DNA of 64,000 nt from the NCBI GenBank assembly GCA_963663275.1, contig OY760183.1:1824001-1888000 (forward strand), written 5' to 3'. Under the pieces are notes generated by a model. It ran no database searches. It had not been told where the DNA came from and saw nothing but the letters and a program-made list of their open reading frames with translations. The position numbers and the translations under genes are program-made. Of the stretch, positions 27,556 to 37,992 are shown in pieces (position 1 is the stretch's first letter; every line of letters starts with the position of its first letter). This DNA comes from Chloroflexota bacterium (GTDB lineage: Bacteria; Chloroflexota; UBA11872; VXOZ01).

Positions 27556-28953
27556 TTAGAAATCCAGCACCGAGTTGGCGAGCGTCTCGTCCAGGACGAT
27601 TTGGGTTTGCTCGTTGGTTTCGGCGATGGCTTCCTGGATGGTCTTTTCGCCCTGGTAGATGGTGCGCGGCAGGGCGACGTGGAGGCCGAGGATTTGGATG
27701 CCGCCGGGGGCGGTCACCACCCAGTGCGCGCCGGCCATCTCGATGGCGGCCTGGAGGCGCAGCGGGTCGTCCTTGGTCCACTCGGGGCTGTTCGCGATGG
27801 CCTTCTGCACCGGGATGCGCCCTTTTTCATCGTTGAAGCGCAGTTCCTGCGGCGCATCGTAGAGCCACTCGAGAAACGCGAACGCGCCCTCGGGATTGGC
27901 GGAAGCGTTGGGCAGCACCTTGGAGCCGCCGCCGCCGTAGGTCGCGGGCGTGCCGCCGGGCGGAATCGGCTCCACGGTCAGGCCGTAGCTGAGCGCGGCA
28001 AAGCCCTCGCGGTAGTCGGGGAAGTTCGGGATGTCGTAGATCTCGAAGTACATCGCCAGCTTGCCGTCGATGAAGATCTGCTGCGGCCGGACATCGCCCC
28101 GGAACTCGCCGATGGCGTCGTAGCCGTCCTGGGCCTCGTACATACGCAGGGTATGCTCGAAGGCGTTCACCATCATCTCGTTGTCCATGGTGGACGTGCT
28201 GTCGTCGGCGGAGGTCAGGTTGCCGCCCTGCTGCCAGTAGGGGATCATCCAACCGGCCAGGGCGCCGCCGCTGCCCCACAAGGGCACGAAGCCGAGACGT
28301 TCAATAGTGCCGCCGTCTTTCTTGAACGTCAGGTTGATGGCTTCGTGGAAATCGTCCCACGAGGCGGGCGGGTTTTCGGGATCCAGGCCCACTTCCAGCA
28401 GCGCGTCGTTGTTGTGGAAGAGCGTGCGCACGTCCGCCGACCACGGCAGGCCGAAGTGGTGGCCGCGATAGGTGACGTCGTTGAGGATGCGCTCCCACAT
28501 GTCGCTCGTATCGATGATGGACGACGCCTTGACCATGTCCGTAATGTCGCGCACGATGCCGTTCACCGCCATGGTTTTGGGAATGTAGCGGTCCTGAAAC
28601 GCCATGTCGGGCGCCGCGCCGCCGGCCACCGCCGCGGGCAGGGTGTCGCGATTGTCCCTGCCGGACTTGGGAACGGTGGTGACGTTGTAGGCGTCGAAAG
28701 TCTCGTTGAACTCGGCCACCAGTTCCGCGCCAATCTCCTCGTTGAAGGAACCCCACGCTGAGGTGAGCGACCAGTAGACGACCTCCGTGGCCTCCATGGG
28801 GGCCGCGGGTTTTTCTTCTTCCTTGGCCTCCGGCGCTGCTTCCTTGGGCGCTTCCTCCATCGGGGCCGCGGCTGTGCCGCAGGCGGCAAGCAGCGCGGCG
28901 CTGCCCGCAAGCCCGATACCCGTTCCAAGCAACTGCCGTCTTGACGTACGCAT
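27556..28953 (-). CDS. Extracellular solute-binding lipoprotein (CUT1 type), Tat signal
   Basis: RBS GGAGGAGG; SRRQLL, LLAAC lipobox, APDM, PPASWDD. Confidence 0.88.
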   Translation of the reverse strand: MRTSRRQLLGTGIGLAGSAALLAACGTAAAPMEEAPKEAAPEAKEEEKPAAPMEATEVVYWSLTSAWGSFNEEIGAELVAEFNETFDAYNVTTVPKSGRDNRDTLPAAVAGGAAPDMAFQDRYIPKTMAVNGIVRDITDMVKASSIIDTSDMWERILNDVTYRGHHFGLPWSADVRTLFHNNDALLEVGLDPENPPASWDDFHEAINLTFKKDGGTIERLGFVPLWGSGGALAGWMIPYWQQGGNLTSADDSTSTMDNEMMVNAFEHTLRMYEAQDGYDAIGEFRGDVRPQQIFIDGKLAMYFEIYDIPNFPDYREGFAALSYGLTVEPIPPGGTPATYGGGGSKVLPNASANPEGAFAFLEWLYDAPQELRFNDEKGRIPVQKAIANSPEWTKDDPLRLQAAIEMAGAHWVVTAPGGIQILGLHVALPRTIYQGEKTIQEAIAETNEQTQIVLDETLANSVLDF

Positions 28954-29413
28954 GGTTGGCCTCCTCCGCGCAACTGCGTAGACTGAAAACCGCAAAGTTT
29001 CCCCTTTACGTGCAGGGGAGACTTCCGTACAGGGTATTGTATACCAGTTATCCGGCAGTGCGGCAAGAGGTTCCAGCGTATTTGCGTGGTGGCGTCCGGT
29101 CGGTGGGCGTCTCTCTGCAAGGACTTATCCCGACTGCCCGCCGCGCGGACGACCGCCGACGCGCCCGTGCCAAGGCGTGGCGCTACACTCGTCAGTGCGG
29201 AATTAGTAGCACTAGACTTGGCAGCTATGCCGGGCCGCGCTTCTGTCATTCCGAGCGGAGCGAGGAATCTAATCGTCCCCGCACACGAGATTCTTCGTCG
29301 CTGCGCTCCTCAGAATGACAGGTAGAGAAGTCGCCTTGGGTGTTGCCGCGAGCGACTGTCTACTTGCCTGCGCAAAGTAAGTCCAAGTCTACTAAATCCG
29401 CGTCAGTGGCAAC

Positions 29414-29443
29414 TTGACACCTACGGGCGGCTCACATTCTAAT
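29414..29443 (+). promoter_or_regulatory. Putative sigma70 promoter TTGACA-N18-TCTAAT
   Basis: Lies upstream of the CDS at 29566. Confidence 0.5.
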
Positions 29444-29565
29444 ATGAGGGTGGTTGTCTGCTCTTTAGCCCGACGAACGACACGCCGGTCTCGGCGCCCG
29501 TGCTCCTCGCCGGTCCCGCGCGTGCTCGCTACTGACCGCGCATATCGCCTGAAAGGAAGCGCTCC

Positions 29566-30432
29566 ATGCTCCAACTCGCCATAATCGGACTTAGCCCCCA
29601 GCACCCCCGCTCGTTTTCAGAACTTATCAACAAGGAAAACCCAAACGGGGAAGGCCTGAACGGTGTGGCCCGCATCTCGATGCTCTGGGACCGGGACCGG
29701 GCGGCGGCGGATGAATTCGTGGCCGAACATGGGCTGGATACGGCGCTCGACGAGCCAACGGCGGCGATCGGCAAGGCCGACGGCGTGCTGGTGCTGGAAG
29801 ACCCCGGCGACACCCACCTGGAACTGGCGCGGCCGTACCTGGAGGCGGGCGTGCCGACCTTCGTGGATAAGCCCTTTGCGCTGGGCATCGACCACGCGAA
29901 AGAGATGGTGCGGCTGGCGCAGGCCCACAATACGCCGCTGATGTCGTCGTCGGCGCTGCGGTACGCGCGGGAAGTCATCGACTTCAAGGCAAACGAAAAG
30001 GAACTGGTGGGCGAAACGCGCGTGGCCGTGGCAACCGGCCCAAGTGAGTTGGTCTACTACGGCATCCACGCGGCGGAACTCTTCTATACGGTGATGGGCC
30101 CCGGCATCGCCTGGGTGCGCAACGAGTACACCGACGAGTACGACCTGGTCCACGTGCGCTACCAAGACGGACGCGCCGTGACCATGCAGATCATCCGCAC
30201 GGCCCGCTACGGCTTTTTGCTCAACGTCTACGGCACCGAGGGCAGCGCCGAAATCGCGGTGCGGGACGCCAACTTCTTTTACGCCGAGCAGATGCGCGCC
30301 GTGGTGCGCATGATTCAGACCCGGGAGAATCCCATACCGCATGAGGAAATGCTGGAGATAATCGGCATGCTGGTGGCGGCGGAGCAGTCCGGCAAGACCG
30401 GCGAGCGGGTGGAACTGGCTTCGGTACTGTGA
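29566..30432 (+). CDS. Gfo/Idh/MocA-like oxidoreductase (short type)
   Basis: PTFVDKPFA, MSSSALRY, YYGIHAAE. Confidence 0.85.
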   Translation: MLQLAIIGLSPQHPRSFSELINKENPNGEGLNGVARISMLWDRDRAAADEFVAEHGLDTALDEPTAAIGKADGVLVLEDPGDTHLELARPYLEAGVPTFVDKPFALGIDHAKEMVRLAQAHNTPLMSSSALRYAREVIDFKANEKELVGETRVAVATGPSELVYYGIHAAELFYTVMGPGIAWVRNEYTDEYDLVHVRYQDGRAVTMQIIRTARYGFLLNVYGTEGSAEIAVRDANFFYAEQMRAVVRMIQTRENPIPHEEMLEIIGMLVAAEQSGKTGERVELASVL

Positions 30433-30459
30433 GAGTCCGTTCTATGAGGGTTTTTGCGA

Positions 30460-30572
30460 CCGTTCGCGCTGAGCCTGCGGAAGCGCGGGAACAGCGTATT
30501 GCTCGTTCGCTCTGAGCCTGCGGAAGCGCCGCAAGAACGTATTGCCCGTTCGCGCTGAGCTTGTCGAAGCGC
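30460..30572. repeat. Three tandem ~43-bp family E units
   Basis: cgttcgc(g/t)ctgagc(c/t)tg(cg/tc)gaagcgc repeated three times. Confidence 0.8.
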
Positions 30573-30800
30573 CGGGTATGAAAGGGCATTGTACGCGCCG
30601 AATCAAGACGCGGGGGAATTAGCCCCAAGGGTGTCGCGTTAACGTAGCGCGGGGGCTTGTCCCCCGCCGGAGCAGGTGGGCAGACACGAAAGGGTCTTAT
30701 CGTACAGAGACGCAGGTTATGCGCACGTCTCGTGCGAACCTGCGCTACCGGAGGTATGAGGGGTGGTTCTTGTTCACGTTGCGTTTACGGCGACAGCATT

Positions 30801-31040
30801 GGGGGCAAGCCGCCGTGTTACGGTGTGGGAATGATAGACGAGCGAAGAGGCGGGGGACAAGCCCCCGCGCTACGGTGTGGGTAAGATAAACGAGCGAAGA
30901 GGCGGGGGACAAGCCCCCGCGCTACGGTGGGGGAATGATAGACGAGCGAAGAGGCGGGGGACAAGCCCCCGCGCTACGATTGGGGAGAGATAGACGGGCC
31001 AAGAGGCGGAGGACAAGCCCCCGCGCTACGGTGGGGGTAG
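30801..31040. repeat. Tandem array of ~52-bp units containing REP family A (4 intact + 1 degenerate)
   Basis: gcgggggacaagcccccgcgctac at ~30850, 30902, 30954, 31005; the linkers are similar to each other. Confidence 0.9.
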
Positions 31041-31235
31041 AGTGAATAAGGCATACATCGGCAAGAGAGCATTCGCCGCGTTCAAGCGCTTAGCTGGGCT
31101 ACATAAGGAGAAGCGCCGCAATCAACCCGCCGTTCACCCTTCGACAAGCTCAGAAACTGTCTTAGGTGTCAAGGGGCAGTGGCGGGATTCCAGGGCGAAC
31201 GGCTGGTCGCACTCACATAAGGAGAAGTGTCATCT

Positions 31236-32414
31236 ATGCGCATCGTTGACGTAAACGTAATTCCCATCGCTCTCAGCGACCCGCCGTTGCGCAACTCGTG
31301 GGGCGTGCACGAGCCGGTGGCGCTGCGCGTGATCGTGCGCCTCACCACGGACGACGGCTGCGTGGGCTGGGGCGAGACCTACGGCGGCGAGGAAATGGCG
31401 CGGAAACTACAAAGCGCCGCCGCCATCGTGCGGGGACAGGACCCGGCGCAGTTCAACCGGACGCGCATCCTCATCAACAATCCGCCGGTCTTTGCCGCCT
31501 ACGAGACCGCTATGCTGGACCTCCTGGGCAAGCAAACCGGCCGGCCGGTCTGCGACGTGCTCGGCGGCAAGATACGCGATACGGTGCCCTACTCGGCGTA
31601 TCTCTTCTACAAGTACGCCGGTGACGATGAGTGGGGCGAGGCGATGAGTCCGGAGCAACTCGTGGAGCAGGCGGAAGTGTTCGTGGAGCGATACGGCTTT
31701 CAAACGCTCAAGCTGAAAGGGGGCGTGCTGCCGCCGATGGAGGAAGCCGAGACCATGCGCCAACTGCGCGAGCGCTTCCCGGACCATGAACTGCGCATCG
31801 ACCCCAACGCCATCTGGTCGGTGGAGACGAGCATCCGGTTCGCCGGCTGGGTGGAAGACCTGGATCTGGAGTACTACGAGGATCCGGCGCCGGACCTGGC
31901 GGGCATGGCGGCCGTGGCGCAAGGGACGCCGATTCCACTGGCGACGAACATGGTGGTGACCGCTTTTCCGCACATCCCGCCGGCCGTGCAGATGGAAGCG
32001 GTGCAAGTGGTGCTGGCCGACCACCATCACTGGGGCGGGATGCGAGCCTGCCTGGAACTGGCGAAGGTCTGCGAGGCGTTTCGTCTGGGCCTCTCCCAGC
32101 ACAGCAACAGCCACACCGGGGTTTCGTTGGCCGCCATGACCCACTGGGCGGCCGCCGCGCCAAATCTCATCTACGCGTCGGACACACACTATCCGTGGAA
32201 CGAAGAGGACGACATCGTGGCGGGCGCGCCCCTGCAATTCGTGGACGGCGCGTTGCCGGTGCCGGACGGGCCGGGACTGGGTGTGGAAGTGGATAATGAC
32301 CGCTTGCAGGCGGCGCACGAGCGCTACCTGCAGAACAAAGCGGGGGGACGAGACGACGTTTCCGCCATGCAGGAGCGCGACCCGACCTGGCTGCCCATGC
32401 GGCCCCGTTGGTAA
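31236..32414 (+). CDS. Glucarate dehydratase-like enolase superfamily enzyme
   Basis: DPPLRNSWGVHEP, SAYLFYK, KLKGGV, RIDPN, YEDP, ATNM, HSNSH. Confidence 0.85.
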   Translation: MRIVDVNVIPIALSDPPLRNSWGVHEPVALRVIVRLTTDDGCVGWGETYGGEEMARKLQSAAAIVRGQDPAQFNRTRILINNPPVFAAYETAMLDLLGKQTGRPVCDVLGGKIRDTVPYSAYLFYKYAGDDEWGEAMSPEQLVEQAEVFVERYGFQTLKLKGGVLPPMEEAETMRQLRERFPDHELRIDPNAIWSVETSIRFAGWVEDLDLEYYEDPAPDLAGMAAVAQGTPIPLATNMVVTAFPHIPPAVQMEAVQVVLADHHHWGGMRACLELAKVCEAFRLGLSQHSNSHTGVSLAAMTHWAAAAPNLIYASDTHYPWNEEDDIVAGAPLQFVDGALPVPDGPGLGVEVDNDRLQAAHERYLQNKAGGRDDVSAMQERDPTWLPMRPRW

Positions 32415-32442
32415 GGCGCACACACAGAGGAGCAAGTGACAC

Positions 32443-33468
32443 ATGCCTGACGACAAGTTTCGCGTCTGCATCGTGGGCACCGGCGCGCGGGGCAATGCCC
32501 ACGCCAAGGCGTGGACGGCATCCGGCGCGGCGGAGGTGGTCGCCGTGGTGGACGTGCTCGATGACCGCGCGCGGGAACTGGCGGCGGCGTACGACGCGCC
32601 CCACGTCTTCAGCGACTACCGCGAGGCGGTGCGGCGGGACGACGTGGACGTGGTCTCCATCTGCACGCCGGCCTACTACCACGAGGAAGTGACAATCTTT
32701 GCCGCCGAGCACGGCAAGCACATGCTGAGCGAGAAGCCGATTGCCATGCGGCTGGATCAGGCCGACCGCATGATCGACGTCTTGAACGAGACGGGCGTGG
32801 TCTTCGTGATCAACTTCCAGAGCCGGTTTGGCGACGCGCCCGCGACGGTGCGGCAGTGCCTGCGCGAGCGGGCCCTGGGCGGGCCGGTCATGTTCCGCAT
32901 GCACTCGGCCACCCACATCCGGCCAAAGCTGGCTATGCACGACATGGACCGCGGCAACGGCGGCCCGCTCAACGACTTCATGACCCATTACTTCGACTAC
33001 TGGCGCTGGCTGACGGGCACCGACCCGGCGCGGGTGAGCGCCCAGGGGTTTACGTTTGCCAAAGACCGGCCGGAAATCGCCCACTTTGCAAACAAAGCGC
33101 CGGATACGGCGACGGTGGCGCTGGAATACGGCAGCGGCGATCTGGCGGCGTTCAGCATCTCGTGGGGCCTGCCGCCGGGCGTGCAGCCGCCGGGGCGGAT
33201 TGACGACATCCTCGGCCCGCAAGGCGCGCTGGCGCCGAGCCGCCCCAGCACGGGCTTCAAGATCCTGCGCGAGGGCGGCGCGGTCGAGGAGTTTGGCCCA
33301 TATTCCGCCGATACCCAGTTGCTTATCACCCAGCACGCGATCCGGGCGATCCGCGGCGAGGAACCGGTGCAGACCAGCGCGGAAGACGCGCGCATCGCTC
33401 TGGCCGTGACCTGGGCGATCTATGAGTCGCTGGCGCAAAGCGGCAAAGCGGTGGATATTGTCTTGTAG
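32443..33468 (+). CDS. Gfo/Idh/MocA family oxidoreductase
   Basis: IVGTGARG, KHMLSEKP, GGPLND..THYFD. Confidence 0.9.
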   Translation: MPDDKFRVCIVGTGARGNAHAKAWTASGAAEVVAVVDVLDDRARELAAAYDAPHVFSDYREAVRRDDVDVVSICTPAYYHEEVTIFAAEHGKHMLSEKPIAMRLDQADRMIDVLNETGVVFVINFQSRFGDAPATVRQCLRERALGGPVMFRMHSATHIRPKLAMHDMDRGNGGPLNDFMTHYFDYWRWLTGTDPARVSAQGFTFAKDRPEIAHFANKAPDTATVALEYGSGDLAAFSISWGLPPGVQPPGRIDDILGPQGALAPSRPSTGFKILREGGAVEEFGPYSADTQLLITQHAIRAIRGEEPVQTSAEDARIALAVTWAIYESLAQSGKAVDIVL

Positions 33469-33934
33469 CGCCTGCGGTCTGGCGTTCTTGGCTTAGCAAG
33501 TAGAAAGCGCGGCGTGTCCGTTGTTGCCGAGAAGAAAGGCCCGCCCGCAGCCGCCATTGCCATGTGAATGGCTGATTTTGGCGGTTTCGCTCCGGTAGCG
33601 TAGGTTTGCAACCTGCGCCGGTTGTAGTCATGCCAAGGCAAACGGAAATCCGGAGGCGGGGGACAAGCCCCCGCGCTACGTCAATGTGACACTATTGGGC
33701 TTGACCTCCGATCGGTGTAGCGCGGGGGCTTGTCCCCCGCCAGAACAGTAAGCGCGCGGAGTTCTTACAGCCGACGTCGCGCATTGAGCCTGCCACGGAC
33801 GCAGGTTACAAACCTACGCTACCGGAGTTGTAATGCACCGAGAAAGCCATCCCATGAAGATCGTCCGCATCCGCCGCCAATCCTCTCCCAGTGCGCGCCA
33901 ATCCGCGCAGCGCTATCACGAATGAAACAGACGC

Positions 33935-35164
33935 ATGGCCGCAACTGACAACGCCGCGCGGCGCTCGCCGCTCTCCGAGCACCGGTACCTCAAGCCGCTC
34001 ATCCTGTTCTTAACGATATTCTTCCTCAACGCCACCCTGGGCACGCCGGGCCGCTCGCTCTTTCCCGTCTACGTCGAAAAAGTGCTCGGCGGCTCGCCGA
34101 TTCTCACATCCACCCTCTTCTCGCTGCAGAACCTCATCCGCGTCGTCGTGCTTATTGGCAGCGGCTTGCTGGCGGACCGGGTGGGGGCGAAGTACATTCT
34201 CTTGTTGGGCATGACGGCGGTGAGCATCGGCGGGCTGATGTTCATGGTGTCCGACACGCGGCTACTCGTCTTCCTGTCGCTGCTGTACGGCGCGCTCTTC
34301 ACGCTGCGCACCACCTCGTCTCGCGCGTATCTCGCCCTGGTCGCGCCGTTGGGGAGCATGGGCCTGATGGGGGCGCTCTACTTTACCGGCCCGACCATCG
34401 GCAGCGCGCTGGGCAACGCGGCGGCGGGCCCAATCGCGGACAATTTCAGCTTCCGCGCGCTGGGCATCGGGATGCTGGTGGGCAACCTGCTGCTGGTGTT
34501 CTTCGGCATGCTCTTCCTGCCGCAGATTCGCCTGGAACAGGTGCAGGATTCGTCGGCGTGGGAGATGCTGCGCTCCTATCAGGACTTGTGGCGGCGGCCG
34601 CTCATCCTGCGCCTCATTGGCATCCGCTTCCTGCCGACCTGGTGGCTCGGCACGAGTTCGGTGCTGCTGCCCCTGCTCATCTTTCGCCTGACCGAATCGG
34701 TGACGGCGGTGGCCTTGTACGCCACGGTCAGCGCGTTGGTGACGGGGTCAACCGGACTTTTCGTCGGCTGGCTTTCCGATCGCATCGGCCGGGCCCTGCC
34801 GGTGATCGCGAGCAGTCTCACGCTCGCTATCGGGCCGCTGGGCTGCGCGGTGTTCGCGGATAACGCGCTGCTGCTGGCGGCGTCGGCGATCTTTACCAGC
34901 CTGGGAGGCCAGTGGCTCGCGTCGCTGATGCCGTCGCTCGTGCGCGCGTCCGGGGCGGGACACGAGCAAGGCCGCCTTACCGCCATCACCGAGGCGGCGT
35001 GGACGTTCGGCAACTTGGGCGGCACCATGGCCGCGGGGGTTTTGATCGGCCTGGCCGCGCCGATTCCGTTCGTGCTGGCCGGCGCGCTCAACCTTGGCAC
35101 TGTGCTGTTGGCATTGCAGGCCGCGCGCATCCTGCGGGGGTCTGACCTCCCAACCACGCCGTAG
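33935..35164 (+). CDS. MFS transporter
   Basis: GLLADRVGAK and GWLSDRIGR motif A; about 12 hydrophobic segments. Confidence 0.88.
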   Translation: MAATDNAARRSPLSEHRYLKPLILFLTIFFLNATLGTPGRSLFPVYVEKVLGGSPILTSTLFSLQNLIRVVVLIGSGLLADRVGAKYILLLGMTAVSIGGLMFMVSDTRLLVFLSLLYGALFTLRTTSSRAYLALVAPLGSMGLMGALYFTGPTIGSALGNAAAGPIADNFSFRALGIGMLVGNLLLVFFGMLFLPQIRLEQVQDSSAWEMLRSYQDLWRRPLILRLIGIRFLPTWWLGTSSVLLPLLIFRLTESVTAVALYATVSALVTGSTGLFVGWLSDRIGRALPVIASSLTLAIGPLGCAVFADNALLLAASAIFTSLGGQWLASLMPSLVRASGAGHEQGRLTAITEAAWTFGNLGGTMAAGVLIGLAAPIPFVLAGALNLGTVLLALQAARILRGSDLPTTP

Positions 35165-35183
35165 GAAGTCCGCTCGTTGGGCT

Positions 35184-36506
35184 TCAGCAGCCAGGAAACT
35201 GCGTCAGGCGGGGCGCCGGCTTGTTCGGCCACTCTTCCAGCGTAACGGTGACGGTCTCGTTGTACTTGCGCTCTCTGTAGACTCGCAGATCAACGGTGTC
35301 GCCGGGCCGCTTGTGGGTGTCGATGTACGCGCTCAGGCCGTCCAGGTTCCTGACGGTGACGTCGTCGATGCTGACGATGATGTCGCCGTCCACCCCGGTG
35401 TTGAACGTCTCTTGATTGAGTTCCGAGCCGGGCAAGATGCCGAAGACGATGACGCCGTACTCTACCGGCAGATTGCACTGGGCGGCGAGTTGCGGCGTGA
35501 TGCTGGCGCCGTGAATCGGCAGCCAGGCGTGCGTGGGCGTTCTGCCCGCCAGCAGGTCGGGCAGGATGCGCTTGATGCGGTCGATGGGGAGGGCTAAGCC
35601 GATGCCGGCGAAGTTCTGCGACTGGATTGCCGTATTGATGCCTACCACCACACCGCTTTTCACGTCGATGAGCGGCCCGCCGGAACTGCCGCGGTTTATG
35701 GCCGCGTCGCTCTGGATCATGCCGGTTATCGTCCGGCCGGAGAAGGCGTAGGGACGCTCCAAGCCGGAGACGTGCCCTTGGGTCATGGAGTTTCCGTAGA
35801 CGAAGTACTGGCTGCCGATGGCGATAACCTGGTCGCCTACCTTGACGGCGGCGGAGGAACCCAGCGGGGCAACGACCAGCTTGGTCGCCGGGATGTTGGC
35901 CTTGAGCAGCGCCACGTCGGAGCCGGGGTCGGTGCCGACCACTCGCGCCGTCAGCGGCGTGCCGTCATCGAGCGTGACGTACAAACCCTTCGCATCCTTG
36001 ATGACGTGGTAGTTCGTCAGGACGTGGCCGTCCTCATCGATGACGAAACCGGAACCGGCCTCGCCGTAGGGCTGGCCGATGCCAACGTTGTCGGACCCGG
36101 TTGTAATGCGCACCACGCTGCCCACGAGCCGCTCGTATACGACCGCTATCAGATTCTGCGTTTCTGCCGCGACGACCGGCGCGGGGGTCGGCGCGGGCAC
36201 GGCGGTAGGCACCGCTGTAGGCACGGGGGTGGGCGCGACGGTGGGTATCGCCGTGGGCGCGGGCGTGGGCGCGGCGGTGGGCAGCGGGACTACGGGTTGC
36301 CGTTCGCCCGCTACGGCAGCGCTCGGCGCGCCGCTGCCGGCCTCGGCGGCGTCCGGACTATCCAAGAGCCGCATGACGCCAATTACGGTGAGCGTCGTGC
36401 CCGCGGCCACGACCAGCAGCAGCGCGGCGATTGCTCCCGGCACCATGAGGCGGCTTCGCCACGTCCGCTTGCCCTCCAGCAGCGGGTCGTAGGGCCTATA
36501 GCCCAC
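35184..36506 (-). CDS. Membrane-anchored HtrA/DegP-like serine protease with PDZ domain
   Basis: GTG start after GGAGGG, overlapping the kinase stop; TM helix, Pro/Thr linker, GSGFVI, TNYHV, DVA, AINRGSSGGPL, GDIIVSID. Confidence 0.9.
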   Translation of the reverse strand: MGYRPYDPLLEGKRTWRSRLMVPGAIAALLLVVAAGTTLTVIGVMRLLDSPDAAEAGSGAPSAAVAGERQPVVPLPTAAPTPAPTAIPTVAPTPVPTAVPTAVPAPTPAPVVAAETQNLIAVVYERLVGSVVRITTGSDNVGIGQPYGEAGSGFVIDEDGHVLTNYHVIKDAKGLYVTLDDGTPLTARVVGTDPGSDVALLKANIPATKLVVAPLGSSAAVKVGDQVIAIGSQYFVYGNSMTQGHVSGLERPYAFSGRTITGMIQSDAAINRGSSGGPLIDVKSGVVVGINTAIQSQNFAGIGLALPIDRIKRILPDLLAGRTPTHAWLPIHGASITPQLAAQCNLPVEYGVIVFGILPGSELNQETFNTGVDGDIIVSIDDVTVRNLDGLSAYIDTHKRPGDTVDLRVYRERKYNETVTVTLEEWPNKPAPRLTQFPGC

Positions 36507-37992
36507 CGTTGCCCTCCAGCGGCAAACGGGCAATGAACGTGATTCCATCGCCCGGCGTGCTCTCAACCGCGATCGTGCCGCCGTGTCGCACGATCACGTC
36601 GTGGGCGAACGGCAGGCCCGGCCGGTGGTCGTTGGCGGCGTCCCCGGCGGGCTGGGAGTGGGAGAAGACGCGCGGGAGGTCGTCCGGCGGGATGCCCGCG
36701 CCGGGAGCGGTGACGGTAATCGTCGCGGCCGGCGTGTCGCAGTGCAGGTGTACGGTAACGACGCCGCCTGCCGCGGCTTGGGCGCAGGCATGGTCTACCA
36801 GCGCGGCCAGGGCGTGGCGCAGGCTGCGGGGTTCGCCGCGCACCACCGGCTCGCAATTCGATTGAAACGCTATCGGCACGGACTCTTCCACCGGAGAGCC
36901 CCCGGCGCGGCAGATTTGCGCGAGCAACGGGGAGAGCGATACGGCGGCGTGGCCCACGGCAGGCTCTTCCTGCGCGCCGGCTGCCCGCGGCAGGCGTTCG
37001 AGCCACCGTTCGAGCGCGGCCGTCTGCGCTTCCAGCCACGCCACCACGTCATCGTAGGCCTCGGTCCAGCGGCGCGGATCCGTGCGCAAGAAGCCGTGCA
37101 GGGCGTCGCGCTGCTCCGGTGCGAGCTTGCGCGCGCGGGCGCGGTCCGGCCGCAGTTCCGTACGGAGGAATTCGTTCAGACTGCGCTGCTGGACGACCAA
37201 CTTGCTCAGTTGTTGCTGGACGTGGGCGGCCCACTGCTGCCGCTGAGCGCCGGCGTCACCCGCGGCCGCCTCCGCGTGGGAGACGCGATCGAGCAGCCGG
37301 TTGAGACTTTGCGCCAGCCAATGCGGCTCCTGGAGGTGTCCCGGCAGCGCCAGGCGCTCGTCGTCCGCGCCAAACGCCCGGATGCGGGCCGTGGCGCTGG
37401 CCACGTCCTCGATCGGCTTGGCCGCGACGTGGGCGACCAACAGGCCGACGCCCACGGCCAGCAACAGGCTGACGCCGGTTCCGGCAACCAGCACCAGACG
37501 GAGACGCCCAAGGGTTTGCTCCACCGGTGCCAGCGGACGGGCTACCTGCAAGACGCCGTGGGCGTGGGCGGGCAAGAGCAGCGGCAAGGTATAGACGCGG
37601 AAGCGCGCGCCGCCGTGCGCCACGGTTTCATAGGTGAGGGTCTGCGGCCGCGCGCCGGTCGTGCCATAGGCGCTGCCGTGAAGCGGCTCGATGACGCTGC
37701 CAGCCGACTGCGCCAGCACCCGGCCGTCGGGGGCGACGAGCCGGAAGACCGCGCCGGAAGGCGCGACGGCTTCGAAGGGCGCGGCGGCCACCGGCGAGGC
37801 GGCGTTATTCAGCGGGGAATCCGCGGCGGTGAGAAAGTACTCGCTTAGCTGCCGGCTCTCCGCGGCCAGGTCCTGATCGAGTTGCGCGCGCAGGCTGTAG
37901 GCGAGCGCGCCGTAGGCGGCCGCGCTCATAGCGCAAAGAATCGCGGCAAGCAGTCCGGTTGTCACCACCGCCACGTAGAGCCGCGTGGACAT
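36496..37992 (-). CDS. Sensor histidine kinase-like protein with degenerate catalytic motifs
   Basis: TM-sensor-TM-HAMP-HisKA-HATPase layout; C-terminal HGGTIAVESTPGDGITFIARLP; H, N, G1 and G2 boxes altered. Confidence 0.75.
   Translation of the reverse strand: MSTRLYVAVVTTGLLAAILCAMSAAAYGALAYSLRAQLDQDLAAESRQLSEYFLTAADSPLNNAASPVAAAPFEAVAPSGAVFRLVAPDGRVLAQSAGSVIEPLHGSAYGTTGARPQTLTYETVAHGGARFRVYTLPLLLPAHAHGVLQVARPLAPVEQTLGRLRLVLVAGTGVSLLLAVGVGLLVAHVAAKPIEDVASATARIRAFGADDERLALPGHLQEPHWLAQSLNRLLDRVSHAEAAAGDAGAQRQQWAAHVQQQLSKLVVQQRSLNEFLRTELRPDRARARKLAPEQRDALHGFLRTDPRRWTEAYDDVVAWLEAQTAALERWLERLPRAAGAQEEPAVGHAAVSLSPLLAQICRAGGSPVEESVPIAFQSNCEPVVRGEPRSLRHALAALVDHACAQAAAGGVVTVHLHCDTPAATITVTAPGAGIPPDDLPRVFSHSQPAGDAANDHRPGLPFAHDVIVRHGGTIAVESTPGDGITFIARLPLEGNGGL

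Noticed and set aside
30801-31040. CRISPR-like periodicity (24-bp palindrome, ~52-bp period)
   Set aside because: The linkers are near-copies of each other, the palindrome is the dispersed REP family A, and no cas genes are present
36180-36290. Short repeats within htrA and the PPIase (41085-41145)
   Set aside because: They encode ordinary Pro/Thr-rich linkers
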